A stretch of DNA of 64,000 nucleotides, taken from the NCBI GenBank assembly GCA_964473825.1, contig CAYYQL010000012.1:1561-65560 (forward strand), given 5' to 3'. A program made the translations under genes and the position numbers. The first letter of the stretch is position 1. Every line of letters starts with the position of its first letter. The notes below the pieces were generated by a model, which saw only the letters and a list, made by a program, of their open reading frames with translations, was not told the origin of the DNA and made no database searches. This DNA comes from an uncultured archaeon (GTDB lineage Archaea > Asgardarchaeota > Thorarchaeia > Thorarchaeales > Thorarchaeaceae). Below, piece by piece: positions 21,501 through 30,073 of this stretch.

Positions 21501-23357
21501 TACACCGTGTGCTGCGCCGGGCGGACCAATGGTCATGAAGCCTGAACCCTCGTTTCCTGCAGAGAATACGTGCAGGACACCGTTATAGCTCTCATCGAGG
21601 AAGCCTGGACTAGACAGGATGTTCCATGTCAGCGCGAGATAGTTCATCTCACTTGCTGGTTCAGTTATCCAACCCCAAGAGTTGGTCACGAGATCAGTCT
21701 CGTGGTCACCTGTGTAGTACCACTCACCACTGGTCTCATTCCAATGGAAACCACAGACCCATAGATATGCGCCGTAGGATCCACCATGAGTGATCAGTCT
21801 GACAGACTGAATCTTTGCACCGGGTGCGATACCTTCCATCGTGAAGTTGTCCTTTGTCACGAAGCCGTCTTCGGAGTACTCGTAGGTCAGAGCTCCTGCA
21901 CCTGCAACATGTGATGCAGTTGCAGTACCGTGAGTTCCATCGTCGAAGTACAGTGCGAAAGCATCACGATCGCTTCTGATACCGTTGAAGAGGATCTCAC
22001 TGCCAAACCAACCATGGTCGTCGTAACACCAGCCGAGTGCACCAAGGCTGAAGTCGGCAATACCATCGCCGCTGAAGTCCTTGTTGACGATCGGATTGGC
22101 AAGGTTGTATATCTCGCCCTCATCCCACTCGTCATAGAAGCTGTTATCGAATGTGGTCACAACATCATATGCGTCGTAGATGTCTGTGAGATCAACAGCC
22201 TCGTACCAGATGGCACCAGACCAGAGTTTGTTCCAGCCCAGGGTGTCCTCCCAGCCAATAATCACGTTGTTGTCGTTGCTCGTGTCATTATAGACAAGAG
22301 CCGGACCAAAGATCATTGAGAAGGGACTCCATCTCTGCTGCATGACAAAGCCAACAGAATAGTTGGTACCGGTGGCCAGTGCAGATGCGTTAGGCAGTTT
22401 GATGTCCTTCCAGACATAGTTCTCGAAGACATCTTGGACTCCCTCAACACCCCATGCATTGGAGTAGTAGTATAACCATCCAGCATGGTCATCATTACCA
22501 ATCAGATATCCTGGATAGTAGTACGAATTCACCATGGGATCCCAGCCCTCGACATCGAGGTAGACGAAGCCGTCGTCATCCACGTAGGTCAGAAGGTTAT
22601 AGGGGTCTGCTGTCCACTCAGTCACATTGACCGGAGTGGAGTTTGCGTGATAGAACGTTGGAACCAGCCCATCACCGCTTGGGTCGTAAGCACCGTGGTT
22701 GATTGCATCAAGGGCATGTTCAAGCTCTGGGTTGCCGAAGTCGGCTCCCGTGTCGAGATGTCCAACAACAACACCGCTACCGTCGTATTTGCTAGCGTAG
22801 TCTGTGCTGTCATCCGCCTGTACTACTTCCTTAATCTTGTACATATCAACCCCGATACCGGGGCCTTCAGTTTTTTCCAAGTTCTTGACCAGCTCATCTG
22901 GTCGTTCAAATCTATACTGATCGGCCTCGATTCCACCAACACCGTCGACTGCTCTCAGTGCCTCGAGAGCATCGACACCAGGCACGTTGACCAGAGCGGT
23001 CTTCATTGCCTTCAGGTCAACTGACCATTTTACCTCAACAACGTCGCTTATGCTTGTCATATCGACCCATGGGGCCATAAAGACAAGCGCACTCACGGCG
23101 CCGTCAGGTCTGGTCACGACCCTGTCGCTCAGCACGCCGCTCCGACTCCATTCAGCCAACACAGAGTCGACTGTGGCCCGGTAACCAGGCTGTTCGAGTG
23201 TCTTATACCACTCGTCCATCTGATCTTGGACCTCTGGAGTGAGCGCTGGCGGGCTGGCAGATTCTGTGCTGGCCATCGGGCCTACTGGCGCCATGAACAA
23301 AGACATGCTCAGGGCAGCCAGAAATAACAGAACTGCTACAGTTCGCTTATTACTCAT
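18567..23357 (-). CDS. giant pyrolysin-like S8 subtilase (1596 aa) with poly-Thr stalk and C-terminal TM anchor
   Basis: Signal peptide (MSNKRTVAVLLFLAALSMSLFMAP). Catalytic Asp (VVGHLDTGADF), His (HGTATASHVAGAG) and Ser (GTSQAAPVAAGVAALV) separated by very long insertions. C-terminal (T)22 run, then hydrophobic helix, then KKK. Confidence 0.88.
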   Translation of the reverse strand: MSNKRTVAVLLFLAALSMSLFMAPVGPMASTESASPPALTPEVQDQMDEWYKTLEQPGYRATVDSVLAEWSRSGVLSDRVVTRPDGAVSALVFMAPWVDMTSISDVVEVKWSVDLKAMKTALVNVPGVDALEALRAVDGVGGIEADQYRFERPDELVKNLEKTEGPGIGVDMYKIKEVVQADDSTDYASKYDGSGVVVGHLDTGADFGNPELEHALDAINHGAYDPSGDGLVPTFYHANSTPVNVTEWTADPYNLLTYVDDDGFVYLDVEGWDPMVNSYYYPGYLIGNDDHAGWLYYYSNAWGVEGVQDVFENYVWKDIKLPNASALATGTNYSVGFVMQQRWSPFSMIFGPALVYNDTSNDNNVIIGWEDTLGWNKLWSGAIWYEAVDLTDIYDAYDVVTTFDNSFYDEWDEGEIYNLANPIVNKDFSGDGIADFSLGALGWCYDDHGWFGSEILFNGIRSDRDAFALYFDDGTHGTATASHVAGAGALTYEYSEDGFVTKDNFTMEGIAPGAKIQSVRLITHGGSYGAYLWVCGFHWNETSGEWYYTGDHETDLVTNSWGWITEPASEMNYLALTWNILSSPGFLDESYNGVLHVFSAGNEGSGFMTIGPPGAAHGVLTVGASTSSHWLEYLYGPTQPYEGLASFTSKGPTYTGYNKPDILAPGLGGYAAVPWFAQYMAAGGYWYASTAEYTLFAGTSQAAPVAAGVAALVYEAMNTRGITIEHPFMVKTILQQTADPFSYEPASIGFGRINAERACEFAEVDTGWVSYNIDSWNNIAALLANPWKKWGTTGTPANKSEDYPADLWDGSLFFGHLYAGDTATIYQKIYSDPFQTMEPAANLGDWTPSAVYWTEAESHQFTGTTYWYTDSNVTGDLAYGYFNLRDELTPAVYDAAELAYGYVTIGVSFDASEVAGMEPWMFLYDWEDDDVNDGYPNLWNGTHGDELHRLTSASDPSNTNMMSWGAPAFTSIAAALAGNMTMVIHDPIHDVNASAPGNEFTATVIFWEPIPAPITFADGGTENTVNITIDTSGLDVGLHQGYVTLQHGDGDLILPWSVMVKAQIAVAADTAQTIVDGYGSELTPYDMPMYGCMGGDPDDWDFRTIVLNIPEAGENATYLGVRVIWPEGGNNMYVDVRDENATSLAAGADGTATTTAILAALPADPVGDYYLFMHALAVNGTTFLPANYSVEVMWYEELTTQDLQFTWTSNDSPSPATITDGDTLVGDHVVVNASYPEFNLPAMPEYEVDSVGISFLSGLYHVGTGPLVIPDANYDPFSGVIDLDQFSWEYVAGINEGDTVKVTADFTNGDCDIMAWWADTDNSTWSYANNILGSQMSTGAKPEQGSIVAARSGAIMFGIFDYDLQEGTYTLTVDTRVGVSATGTPDEVTYDTYTFLKNGSFSVQVEATTKTNIAFEVNYLELRFENFFSPVVSDVEVTGTGTTKNITWTASDLNAGDDLYFELYLSQDSGTTFQLVAVNLTQTFYVWDSSEFIVRDTYKIRVIVFDNDPTVNPTVGPADYWMGLTDSAESEVFSAGGVEPTTTTTTTTTTTTTTTTTTTTTTEEPPVGIDPLWIGLIGGIGVGVVVVLILFLVKKK
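18640..18725. repeat. imperfect tandem nucleotide repeat encoding the poly-Thr stalk
   Basis: Plus-strand units such as gtggtcgtagttgtggtg recur and read as ACN Thr codons on the minus strand. Simple-sequence tract. Confidence 0.7.
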
Positions 23358-23380
23358 TTTTATTCTTTCTCCTCACAATT

Positions 23381-23390
23381 TGATATAGAG
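23381..23390 (-). promoter_or_regulatory. possible TATA-like box with SD-like GAGGAG upstream of the 1596-aa S8 gene
   Basis: Sense-strand CTCTATATCA sits about 26-33 nt upstream of the ATG at 23357. GAGGAG sits at -12 to -17. Spacing is ambiguous between a leaderless and an SD-led transcript. Confidence 0.25.
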
Positions 23391-23642
23391 AACGAGGCAA
23401 AGCAACGCAGAGAATGTGTCATATGGACACTCTACTTGCGACTGCTAACAAACCTCCGAAACCTGCTGCAACTCTCCTCCAGCACAGCAGGGATATCTCC
23501 TCAAATCGCGTTCTCTAAGATCGTGTGTGATTATCACAACAACTCGGCATGGGGCTATTAAGCATTGCGACTGATAGCGTTTGTCACTGCAAACCTTCCA
23601 TCCTACGAGCGAGCTCAAACATCTAAAACGAACGCCTGACAA

Positions 23643-24746
23643 TCATTTGGTTGAACGGACCAGCTTCTTGATTCCATCCACAATCTCGTGCACCATCATG
23701 ACGGCTCCGATCATCTCAACACGTGTATCTGGCGCTTTCTCATCATCTGGCCGCGAGACACGTCCCATTGCCCGACCTAGTCCTTTGACCAGACTGGTCA
23801 AGGCGATCTTTGCAGATGGGTCCAGACCGCTCCCCTCGATTGTAGAGATAAGTTCAGCCAAGTCAGATATGACGCTGTCAGTTACTTCAGAGGCGGTCTC
23901 TGCGCGTCGAGCGACATCAGCCAGCGTTGCCTTTGCCGTCTTCAGCTCTGACTCCAAGGTAGAGACTTGCTCAGAATCGACCACGGCGCTTGGTTGGGAT
24001 TCAACAACTAGGCGAAGGTCATCTATCTCAGATTGAAGAGACTGGATTATTTCATCCTTCTTGCCCATCTCAGCAAGAAGCTGCTGTTCGCGTTCTGCGC
24101 CGACTCCCGGTGCATCCTCAAGCTGCTTTGCCAGGCTCAGTTTCTCCGCCTCTGCGGCTTGAACTCGTGCCTTCAAAGATTCGAGTTCCGACTGGAGCTC
24201 CGAGAAGCTGTCTTCTCGCTCCGCGAACTGCTCCGTGAGCTGCTTCTTTTCAGCTTCGAGTTGTCGAACCGCTTCCTCCGCATTTTTCAGTGCCTCTTGG
24301 GTATTGCGCAAGTCGTCACGAAGGGCGACAAAGTCAGGATCTGGGGGAGCTATGACGTGGTGTGTGACAACACCCAGCACAATAACTACAAGGATAAGGT
24401 AGATCATGCTTGTCAGAACGGATCCGAACACAACATCAGTGGCGAATTGCAGTAGGCCTATGAGGAACCACCAGGAGCCAAAGATCAATTCATCGGGCCC
24501 CCACCAGACAGCCCCAAATCCTGTGTACAGCACCATGAGAAATGCTATGATGTGGAATGCAATGCCAACGAAGACGAGGATATTCCGTCGCAACTCGTCC
24601 CTTGGTAGATATCGTTGATAGAGAAGGAATATCATCCCAAGAAAGACAAGCGGCAGTACATAGGGAATAACGGCCAGTATGTCGCTCATTGGAAACTGAG
24701 TATCTACATTAACTCCAAGACCAGGAACAGAATATATACCTACCAA
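23643..24746 (-). CDS. membrane-anchored coiled-coil protein (4 N-terminal TM helices plus long heptad-rich domain)
   Basis: Hydrophobic N-terminal 120 aa. Then an EAEKKQLTEQFAERED...LQSELESLKARVQAAEAEK... coiled-coil. No enzymatic motif. Confidence 0.5.
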   Translation of the reverse strand: MVGIYSVPGLGVNVDTQFPMSDILAVIPYVLPLVFLGMIFLLYQRYLPRDELRRNILVFVGIAFHIIAFLMVLYTGFGAVWWGPDELIFGSWWFLIGLLQFATDVVFGSVLTSMIYLILVVIVLGVVTHHVIAPPDPDFVALRDDLRNTQEALKNAEEAVRQLEAEKKQLTEQFAEREDSFSELQSELESLKARVQAAEAEKLSLAKQLEDAPGVGAEREQQLLAEMGKKDEIIQSLQSEIDDLRLVVESQPSAVVDSEQVSTLESELKTAKATLADVARRAETASEVTDSVISDLAELISTIEGSGLDPSAKIALTSLVKGLGRAMGRVSRPDDEKAPDTRVEMIGAVMMVHEIVDGIKKLVRSTK

Positions 24747-25412
24747 GGTGTTTCCTCCTCGGAGTATTAGTTGAAATCATTGAATAAATCTATTCCTGAT
24801 TAACGGTCTTGGTGAGAAGATGCTCGTGACGAGTTGTTTAGGACCCTTCTCCGTGAGTCCCTATTCTCTCCAGATAAACTGTTTCTGACAGATTGAGTGA
24901 CCTCATCTGTCTGAGACTTCTGTGTTCCACCCGTCCTCTGCCAGCGTCACCGCCCCCAGCATATCCGAAGACTGCTGAGTCAGCAGGGGCTCTGTCCATG
25001 TTCATCGGGATGGGATCCCTCCCACGGTCCTGGTTTCCTCCTCCTGCGCTTCTCCTGAGGCATCACTCTCAGCCACAGTGAGGCTTTCCACAGTGCTTAC
25101 CACGGCGGGTTCATCATCACCCTTGTTGGCTCCGTCACCGAAGACAGCAAGGCTCGTCTGAGCAGGGTGAACAGCCGCGGACTCTCCGGGAGCTGATGCA
25201 GCCCCTTTCATGGAGAGTGAGGACCTCCGTCGAGAAATCGTGGACTTCCCTCGGGCTTTAGGCCGCGAGCTCCGCGCTATCGCACTGGCCCACTTGCCTA
25301 GTCCACTCCTCAATCTGCTGGAACCTATTTAAGCCTCTACACAACACAAGGCATCTGGAGCAGGCAAGGGGGAGATCTGACACATTTCTGACACTTGTAT
25401 CTGACACTTTAC

Positions 25413-25742
25413 CTACAAAAAGGGCATATTTGCATTGTTCCAGAGTTCAGCCTTCTGATGCTCATGGTCCTCAAACATCATCTCAAGGACTTTGAACATC
25501 CGAGACGCCTCCTCTATTGATAGCAGGAAGGACCCTTTCACATCACGGTCTTCTCCGAGAGTCAAGCGAATCCTGCCGTCATTGACCCAGCCTTCGGAGC
25601 TCTTCTCAGGTGGCTGAAGCTGGAGCTCGAGCCAAGTCCTTCGGGTCTGCCCTGTGGTTCGATCATCAAAGAAGTGCTTCAGCTGGAGTCTTCTTTCGTA
25701 TAATGGTGGCTTGCTGCCCATGTGTTCCATCTCCTTATTCAT
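25413..25742 (-). CDS. hypothetical protein (109 aa)
   Basis: Non-overlapping ORF once the S8 start is moved to 25894. No recognisable domain. Confidence 0.3.
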   Translation of the reverse strand: MNKEMEHMGSKPPLYERRLQLKHFFDDRTTGQTRRTWLELQLQPPEKSSEGWVNDGRIRLTLGEDRDVKGSFLLSIEEASRMFKVLEMMFEDHEHQKAELWNNANMPFL

Positions 25743-25893
25743 ATTGGGTGCTTTGACCCAAGTACTAGTCGTCGAAAAGTGTATTGGGTCTATTTCTCGG
25801 CCACACCGAGTTGATTCCGAGGAGATTCAGCCCTCAAGACAAGGCTTAATTGAAGACTCACAGAATCGAGCAAGAGCGCCCACAAAACGCAGG

Positions 25894-28785
25894 ATGATGA
25901 ACTTGAAGCGAAAGCAGATCATTGCCATGACGCTTGCCGTGCTATTCTTGAGCCCTTTCTGGGGCTTTGTGATACCAGCCGATGGCAAGACAAACTCGAA
26001 CACAAGTACGAAGATTGGACCGATGCTCATGGAAGAGATGAGTGCCACCCCATCGGGCGATCTGATTCCGATTGTTGTTAGATTCCCACAGGGCACCACA
26101 TCGTCGGAGATGGCGAATACAGTTATGGGGTACGTAGGGAGCGACATCGCGTTGCGACATGTGTTCAGTCTCATCCCAGTTGTTTCTGCATATGCTAATC
26201 GAGATGCTATCCGTCAGTTGGCTGATATTGCTCAAGTTGAAGCTGTTGACATTGACAGAACACTCGATTTCGAGTCGCGCCCAGACTCTCACGAGCTGAG
26301 TATGAGTAACGGCGTCAGCTACATCCATCCGGACGCGATAATGGACGTTGGAGACCTCTGGAATAAGGGATTCAATGGCACCGGTATCACAGTCGCCGTC
26401 CTAGACAGTGGTGCACAAGGAGACCATCTCGACTTGGCTGATCGACTTGTGGGTTTCCAAGATTTGGTGAACGAAGAGCATGATATGGATCCTTCTGACG
26501 GCATCACGGCTTATGATGACAACGGCCACGGAACCGCATGTGCATGGCTCATCGCAGGAACAGGAGAGGGAATGGACGAGGCATACACCGGAATGGCTCC
26601 GGGCGCTGAGCTTCTGATTATCAAGGTCCTTGATGAGACTGGTTCCGGTCAGGACTCTGTAATAGCAGAAGGTATCGAATTTGCAGTGGAACAAGGTGTG
26701 GACGCAATCAGTATGAGTCTTGGAGGCAGTTGGAGCGACTCGAACTACGTGGATCCTTCAGCACTTGCGGCTCAAGCCGCCGTACGAGAGGGGCACACGC
26801 CTGTGTTTGTTGCTGCAGGAAATGACGGGCCCGCAACGGAAACAATCAACTCTCCTGCAATAGTGGAAGAAGTCGTGGCTGTTGGAGCATCCTCAGGGGC
26901 GAGTGGCGTCGTGTCATTCAGTAGTAGAGGTCCTGTCATCAGGACGATAACCAATCCACCAGGAGTATTCACGAGGCCCGATATCTTGGCGCCAGGCTCC
27001 AATGTGGTATCAGGCCGATGGACTGGCGCAGACTCCTTCGAATACCCCCTCTACAACTTCAGCCAGTTCGGAAATCTCTACACGCAATGGTCAGGAACCT
27101 CCGTGTCTGCACCACTGGCTGCAGGGGTATCAGCGCTCCTCATGAATCAGTATACAGGGCTTACGCCCCTTGAAATAAAGAGCTACCTGATGAAGGGAGC
27201 CACAGACCTGAAACAAGATGCTATGGCTCAGGGCCACGGAATTGTCAACGCCTCAAAGTCCTCTGAGCTCATCAATAGTACATCGCGAATGATCACTGTG
27301 GCAGCCCCTCTAAGGTATCCGACATTGCCCGGCGGGAACGGTGTTCTCATTGTCGGAGACGAACGTGAGGCACAGAATGTCACAGTCATTTCAACTGTGA
27401 ATCTTGGGCAGGCAGAAATCCAGATCCACGGAAATGCAAGCGATTTCATAGTGACAGAAGATGCCGTTGACATCCGTGCGGGTTATTCTTACTTCAGCAT
27501 CAACCTAGAAGTCCCTCAAGACCTCTCCCTAAGTTCGACGGGCCACTATGAAGCGTGTCTGCAACTCATTGCAGAAAATGTGACAGCCTGTAGCATTGAG
27601 ATCGATTTCACTATATCTACATATGGCGGCAGGTTGCTGGTAGACATGTCTCATCACTCCCTTGATGATCCGGATGACCCGACCTACTATCGTTACTTTG
27701 AAGACCACCTCCGTGGCAAGGGAGTGATAATGGACCTATTTTCGGAGCCCATTGAGGCGGCTCCGATTCGATATGGAGATCTCTCACAGTCCGATGTCTT
27801 CATGATAATGGACACCGAAACCTACTACACAGACGCCGAGGTTGAGGCCATCCACCAATTCATCCAGGATGGGGGTACTCTGCTGATTCTTTCAGAGTTC
27901 TATGACAGTGGCACCCAGAGTGCCAGCTTTGCCATTGAATCCTATAACAGGATTCTTGCACCTGTCGGCATTCAGTGCGAAGAGAACGGAATAGGCGTGG
28001 GAATGACCCAGAACACGGGCAGGTTCTACGGCGAGTCATACGATGGAGTTGTTGAAGACGATCCGCTTACCTTGGATGTTTCGGACCTGTATATTTTGAT
28101 GGGCAGCACATTCAGTGTGGACCCTTCTGTTGCAGGTGCACAAGGACTATTCTGGATTGATTCTGACAAGACTCACGCGGTGCTCGCTAAGGCTGACTAT
28201 GGAAACGGAAAAGTGATTGCGGTCTCAGATGGATCCATTCTCTATGATAGCACAGTATATGATGCAGTCAGGGGAGAAGCAGACAATCTTAATCTTCTCA
28301 GGAACATCGCTGAGAACGTGGTCCCGGCTAGACCGAGAATATTCGATGTGGTCCTGAACAGAGGAGAGATTGGAGAAGAGGCTAATGTCACGACGTACAT
28401 CTTTGACGAAGACCTTGAAACTGTTTCAATAACAATCACCAGCCCGAGTGGTAATAATGTGACCGACAATATGGTTAAGTCCTTAGGCTACAAGTTCACA
28501 TCGAGCTTCGTGATGGAAACAGGAGGTTTTTACGACATAGCAATCAGAGCCGTGGACTCAGAGGGTAATGTGAAGCTGTTCAAGAAGACCTTCCTTGTAG
28601 CTGCCGAAACGGTTGATCCCGAGTTCTCAACCCTGGTCATGGTAGGTTTCTTAGCAACCGTAGCAGTTGGAATCGTCTATGTGGCTTATCTCAAGTATGG
28701 CCGCAAGAAACGGTCTAGAAGATATGATGATAGTGAATGGGAGATTGAGGTTGAGGATAGAGGTAGGCCGCCTGAGATAGAATAG
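25894..28785 (+). CDS. S8 subtilase (about 960 aa) with C-terminal TM anchor
   Basis: Catalytic Asp (VAVLDSGAQGDH), His (HGTACAWLIAG) and Ser (GTSVSAPLAAGVSALL). Start moved to MMNLKRKQIIAMTLAVLFLSPF at 25894 because the signal peptide begins there. C-terminal helix FSTLVMVGFLATVAVGIVYVAYL then KYGRKKRSRR. Confidence 0.85.
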   Translation: MMNLKRKQIIAMTLAVLFLSPFWGFVIPADGKTNSNTSTKIGPMLMEEMSATPSGDLIPIVVRFPQGTTSSEMANTVMGYVGSDIALRHVFSLIPVVSAYANRDAIRQLADIAQVEAVDIDRTLDFESRPDSHELSMSNGVSYIHPDAIMDVGDLWNKGFNGTGITVAVLDSGAQGDHLDLADRLVGFQDLVNEEHDMDPSDGITAYDDNGHGTACAWLIAGTGEGMDEAYTGMAPGAELLIIKVLDETGSGQDSVIAEGIEFAVEQGVDAISMSLGGSWSDSNYVDPSALAAQAAVREGHTPVFVAAGNDGPATETINSPAIVEEVVAVGASSGASGVVSFSSRGPVIRTITNPPGVFTRPDILAPGSNVVSGRWTGADSFEYPLYNFSQFGNLYTQWSGTSVSAPLAAGVSALLMNQYTGLTPLEIKSYLMKGATDLKQDAMAQGHGIVNASKSSELINSTSRMITVAAPLRYPTLPGGNGVLIVGDEREAQNVTVISTVNLGQAEIQIHGNASDFIVTEDAVDIRAGYSYFSINLEVPQDLSLSSTGHYEACLQLIAENVTACSIEIDFTISTYGGRLLVDMSHHSLDDPDDPTYYRYFEDHLRGKGVIMDLFSEPIEAAPIRYGDLSQSDVFMIMDTETYYTDAEVEAIHQFIQDGGTLLILSEFYDSGTQSASFAIESYNRILAPVGIQCEENGIGVGMTQNTGRFYGESYDGVVEDDPLTLDVSDLYILMGSTFSVDPSVAGAQGLFWIDSDKTHAVLAKADYGNGKVIAVSDGSILYDSTVYDAVRGEADNLNLLRNIAENVVPARPRIFDVVLNRGEIGEEANVTTYIFDEDLETVSITITSPSGNNVTDNMVKSLGYKFTSSFVMETGGFYDIAIRAVDSEGNVKLFKKTFLVAAETVDPEFSTLVMVGFLATVAVGIVYVAYLKYGRKKRSRRYDDSEWEIEVEDRGRPPEIE

Positions 28786-28789
28786 TGGG

Positions 28790-30073
28790 TTAGTCGATTG
28801 GGCCAAGTGTTTCCTCTAGAAGGCTCTTGATTTGGTCATGGCGAGGATCAAGCAGAGGTGCCTCACTTAACTTCAATCCCTCTTCCATCCTCGCGAGGAT
28901 TTGATACCCGATCCTCGGACCCATCCTTGATGCAAGAACCTGTCCACCAACAATACGGTCGTTCATATCAGTGACCAAAGCTATCTTTGCAGCCTCGCTA
29001 TCATCCTGAAGAAAAGTGACCCTTATCTCTTTACCAACTCTGCTTGCTATGTCCGAAGAGTGGCCCATGCACACGATGTCCGTGTCGAATATTCGGTCGT
29101 ACTGAAATCTGAGCTTGGTCTCAGGGTAGAGGCGATTGTTTCCAGTAGCAGCAACGCCAGCTTGACGACCTGCTCGGGCAGCTACACTGCCGATAGGCAT
29201 CAGCACAGGTTCGCCTGTCAAGAAGTCATGCATCTGAACACAGTCGCCTACAGCATAGACATTCTCATCAGATGTTTGCATCCTTTCATTAACCGCTACC
29301 CCACCAAGCTCACCGATATCGAGACCGAGTTCTCGTGCGAGTGTGGTGTTTGGAGTGACACCGGTCATGAATAGAACTGCTTGGGTCTCGATGGTCTTGT
29401 TGCCAACAACAAGTCCCTCAACCTGCTCATCACCGAGAACCCGCTGTGGCGCATTGCCTTGATGTATACGAATAGCTGAGGGGATTCTAGCTTGAAGATC
29501 TTCACTAAGCTCGGGTTCCAAAAGGCGCCGTACAAGCCGGGAACGCACAATGATGTGTACTTTCTTTCCTAGCTCGAAGAGTCGGTCTGCAAATTCTAGG
29601 CCGCTGAACCCCGCTCCAACTACAACCACGGTCTCGATGTTAGATAGACGCTCACCGACTCTTGACGCATCTGCAACATCTTGGATTGTGTAGACACCTT
29701 CAAGGTCGGTGCCTGGGATATCAGGAACATAGGGTTTCCCGCCCGTTGCAAGTATGAGTTTATCATAGCCCACGGTCTTCTCTTCCCCCCCTGGACCAAT
29801 GACGACGATATTCTTGTCCTTCAGGTTGCCCGACACTACACGATGACCTGTCACAACCTCAATACCCTTCTTCTCAAGCGATTCGGGCGTCCAGTCGGGG
29901 ATGTTGAGTCTGTCAGTCTCAGGGTATTCCAATGCTAGTGATGACCCGGGCTTTCTGTGTGCTGGAGATGTCTCCTCGGTTATGATAACAACCTCAGCAT
30001 CCTGAGCGAACATATGTGCTGCATTGGCCGCGGAGACCCCTGCGGGGCCATAACCAACCACGATGATTCTCAT
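28790..30073 (-). CDS. FAD-dependent pyridine-nucleotide oxidoreductase (NADH oxidase / ferredoxin-reductase-like; lacks the CoADR/Nox redox Cys)
   Basis: Two Rossmann motifs (IIVVGYGPAG and VVVVGAGFSG). Conserved AVGDC. ATG overlaps the stop of the upstream S8 gene (ATGA at 30070-30073). No Cys at the position of the CoADR/Nox active-site Cys. Confidence 0.8.
   Translation of the reverse strand: MRIIVVGYGPAGVSAANAAHMFAQDAEVVIITEETSPAHRKPGSSLALEYPETDRLNIPDWTPESLEKKGIEVVTGHRVVSGNLKDKNIVVIGPGGEEKTVGYDKLILATGGKPYVPDIPGTDLEGVYTIQDVADASRVGERLSNIETVVVVGAGFSGLEFADRLFELGKKVHIIVRSRLVRRLLEPELSEDLQARIPSAIRIHQGNAPQRVLGDEQVEGLVVGNKTIETQAVLFMTGVTPNTTLARELGLDIGELGGVAVNERMQTSDENVYAVGDCVQMHDFLTGEPVLMPIGSVAARAGRQAGVAATGNNRLYPETKLRFQYDRIFDTDIVCMGHSSDIASRVGKEIRVTFLQDDSEAAKIALVTDMNDRIVGGQVLASRMGPRIGYQILARMEEGLKLSEAPLLDPRHDQIKSLLEETLGPID

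Noticed and set aside
19244-23184. About 20 ORF-track ORFs of 60-180 aa on both strands inside the 1596-aa S8 gene
   Set aside because: All overlap the long S8 reading frame and give Cys/Val/Thr-rich translations typical of out-of-frame reading of the same codons.
25002-25313. 103-aa Ser/Ala/Arg-rich ORF on the minus strand (and 24893-25081 plus)
   Set aside because: Low-complexity composition, no motif, mutually overlapping alternatives. More likely non-coding upstream region of the coiled-coil membrane gene.
25654-25893. 80-codon N-terminal extension of the second S8 gene
   Set aside because: The signal peptide clearly begins at the MMNLKRK start at 25894. The extension would bury the signal peptide and overlap the 25413-25742 ORF.
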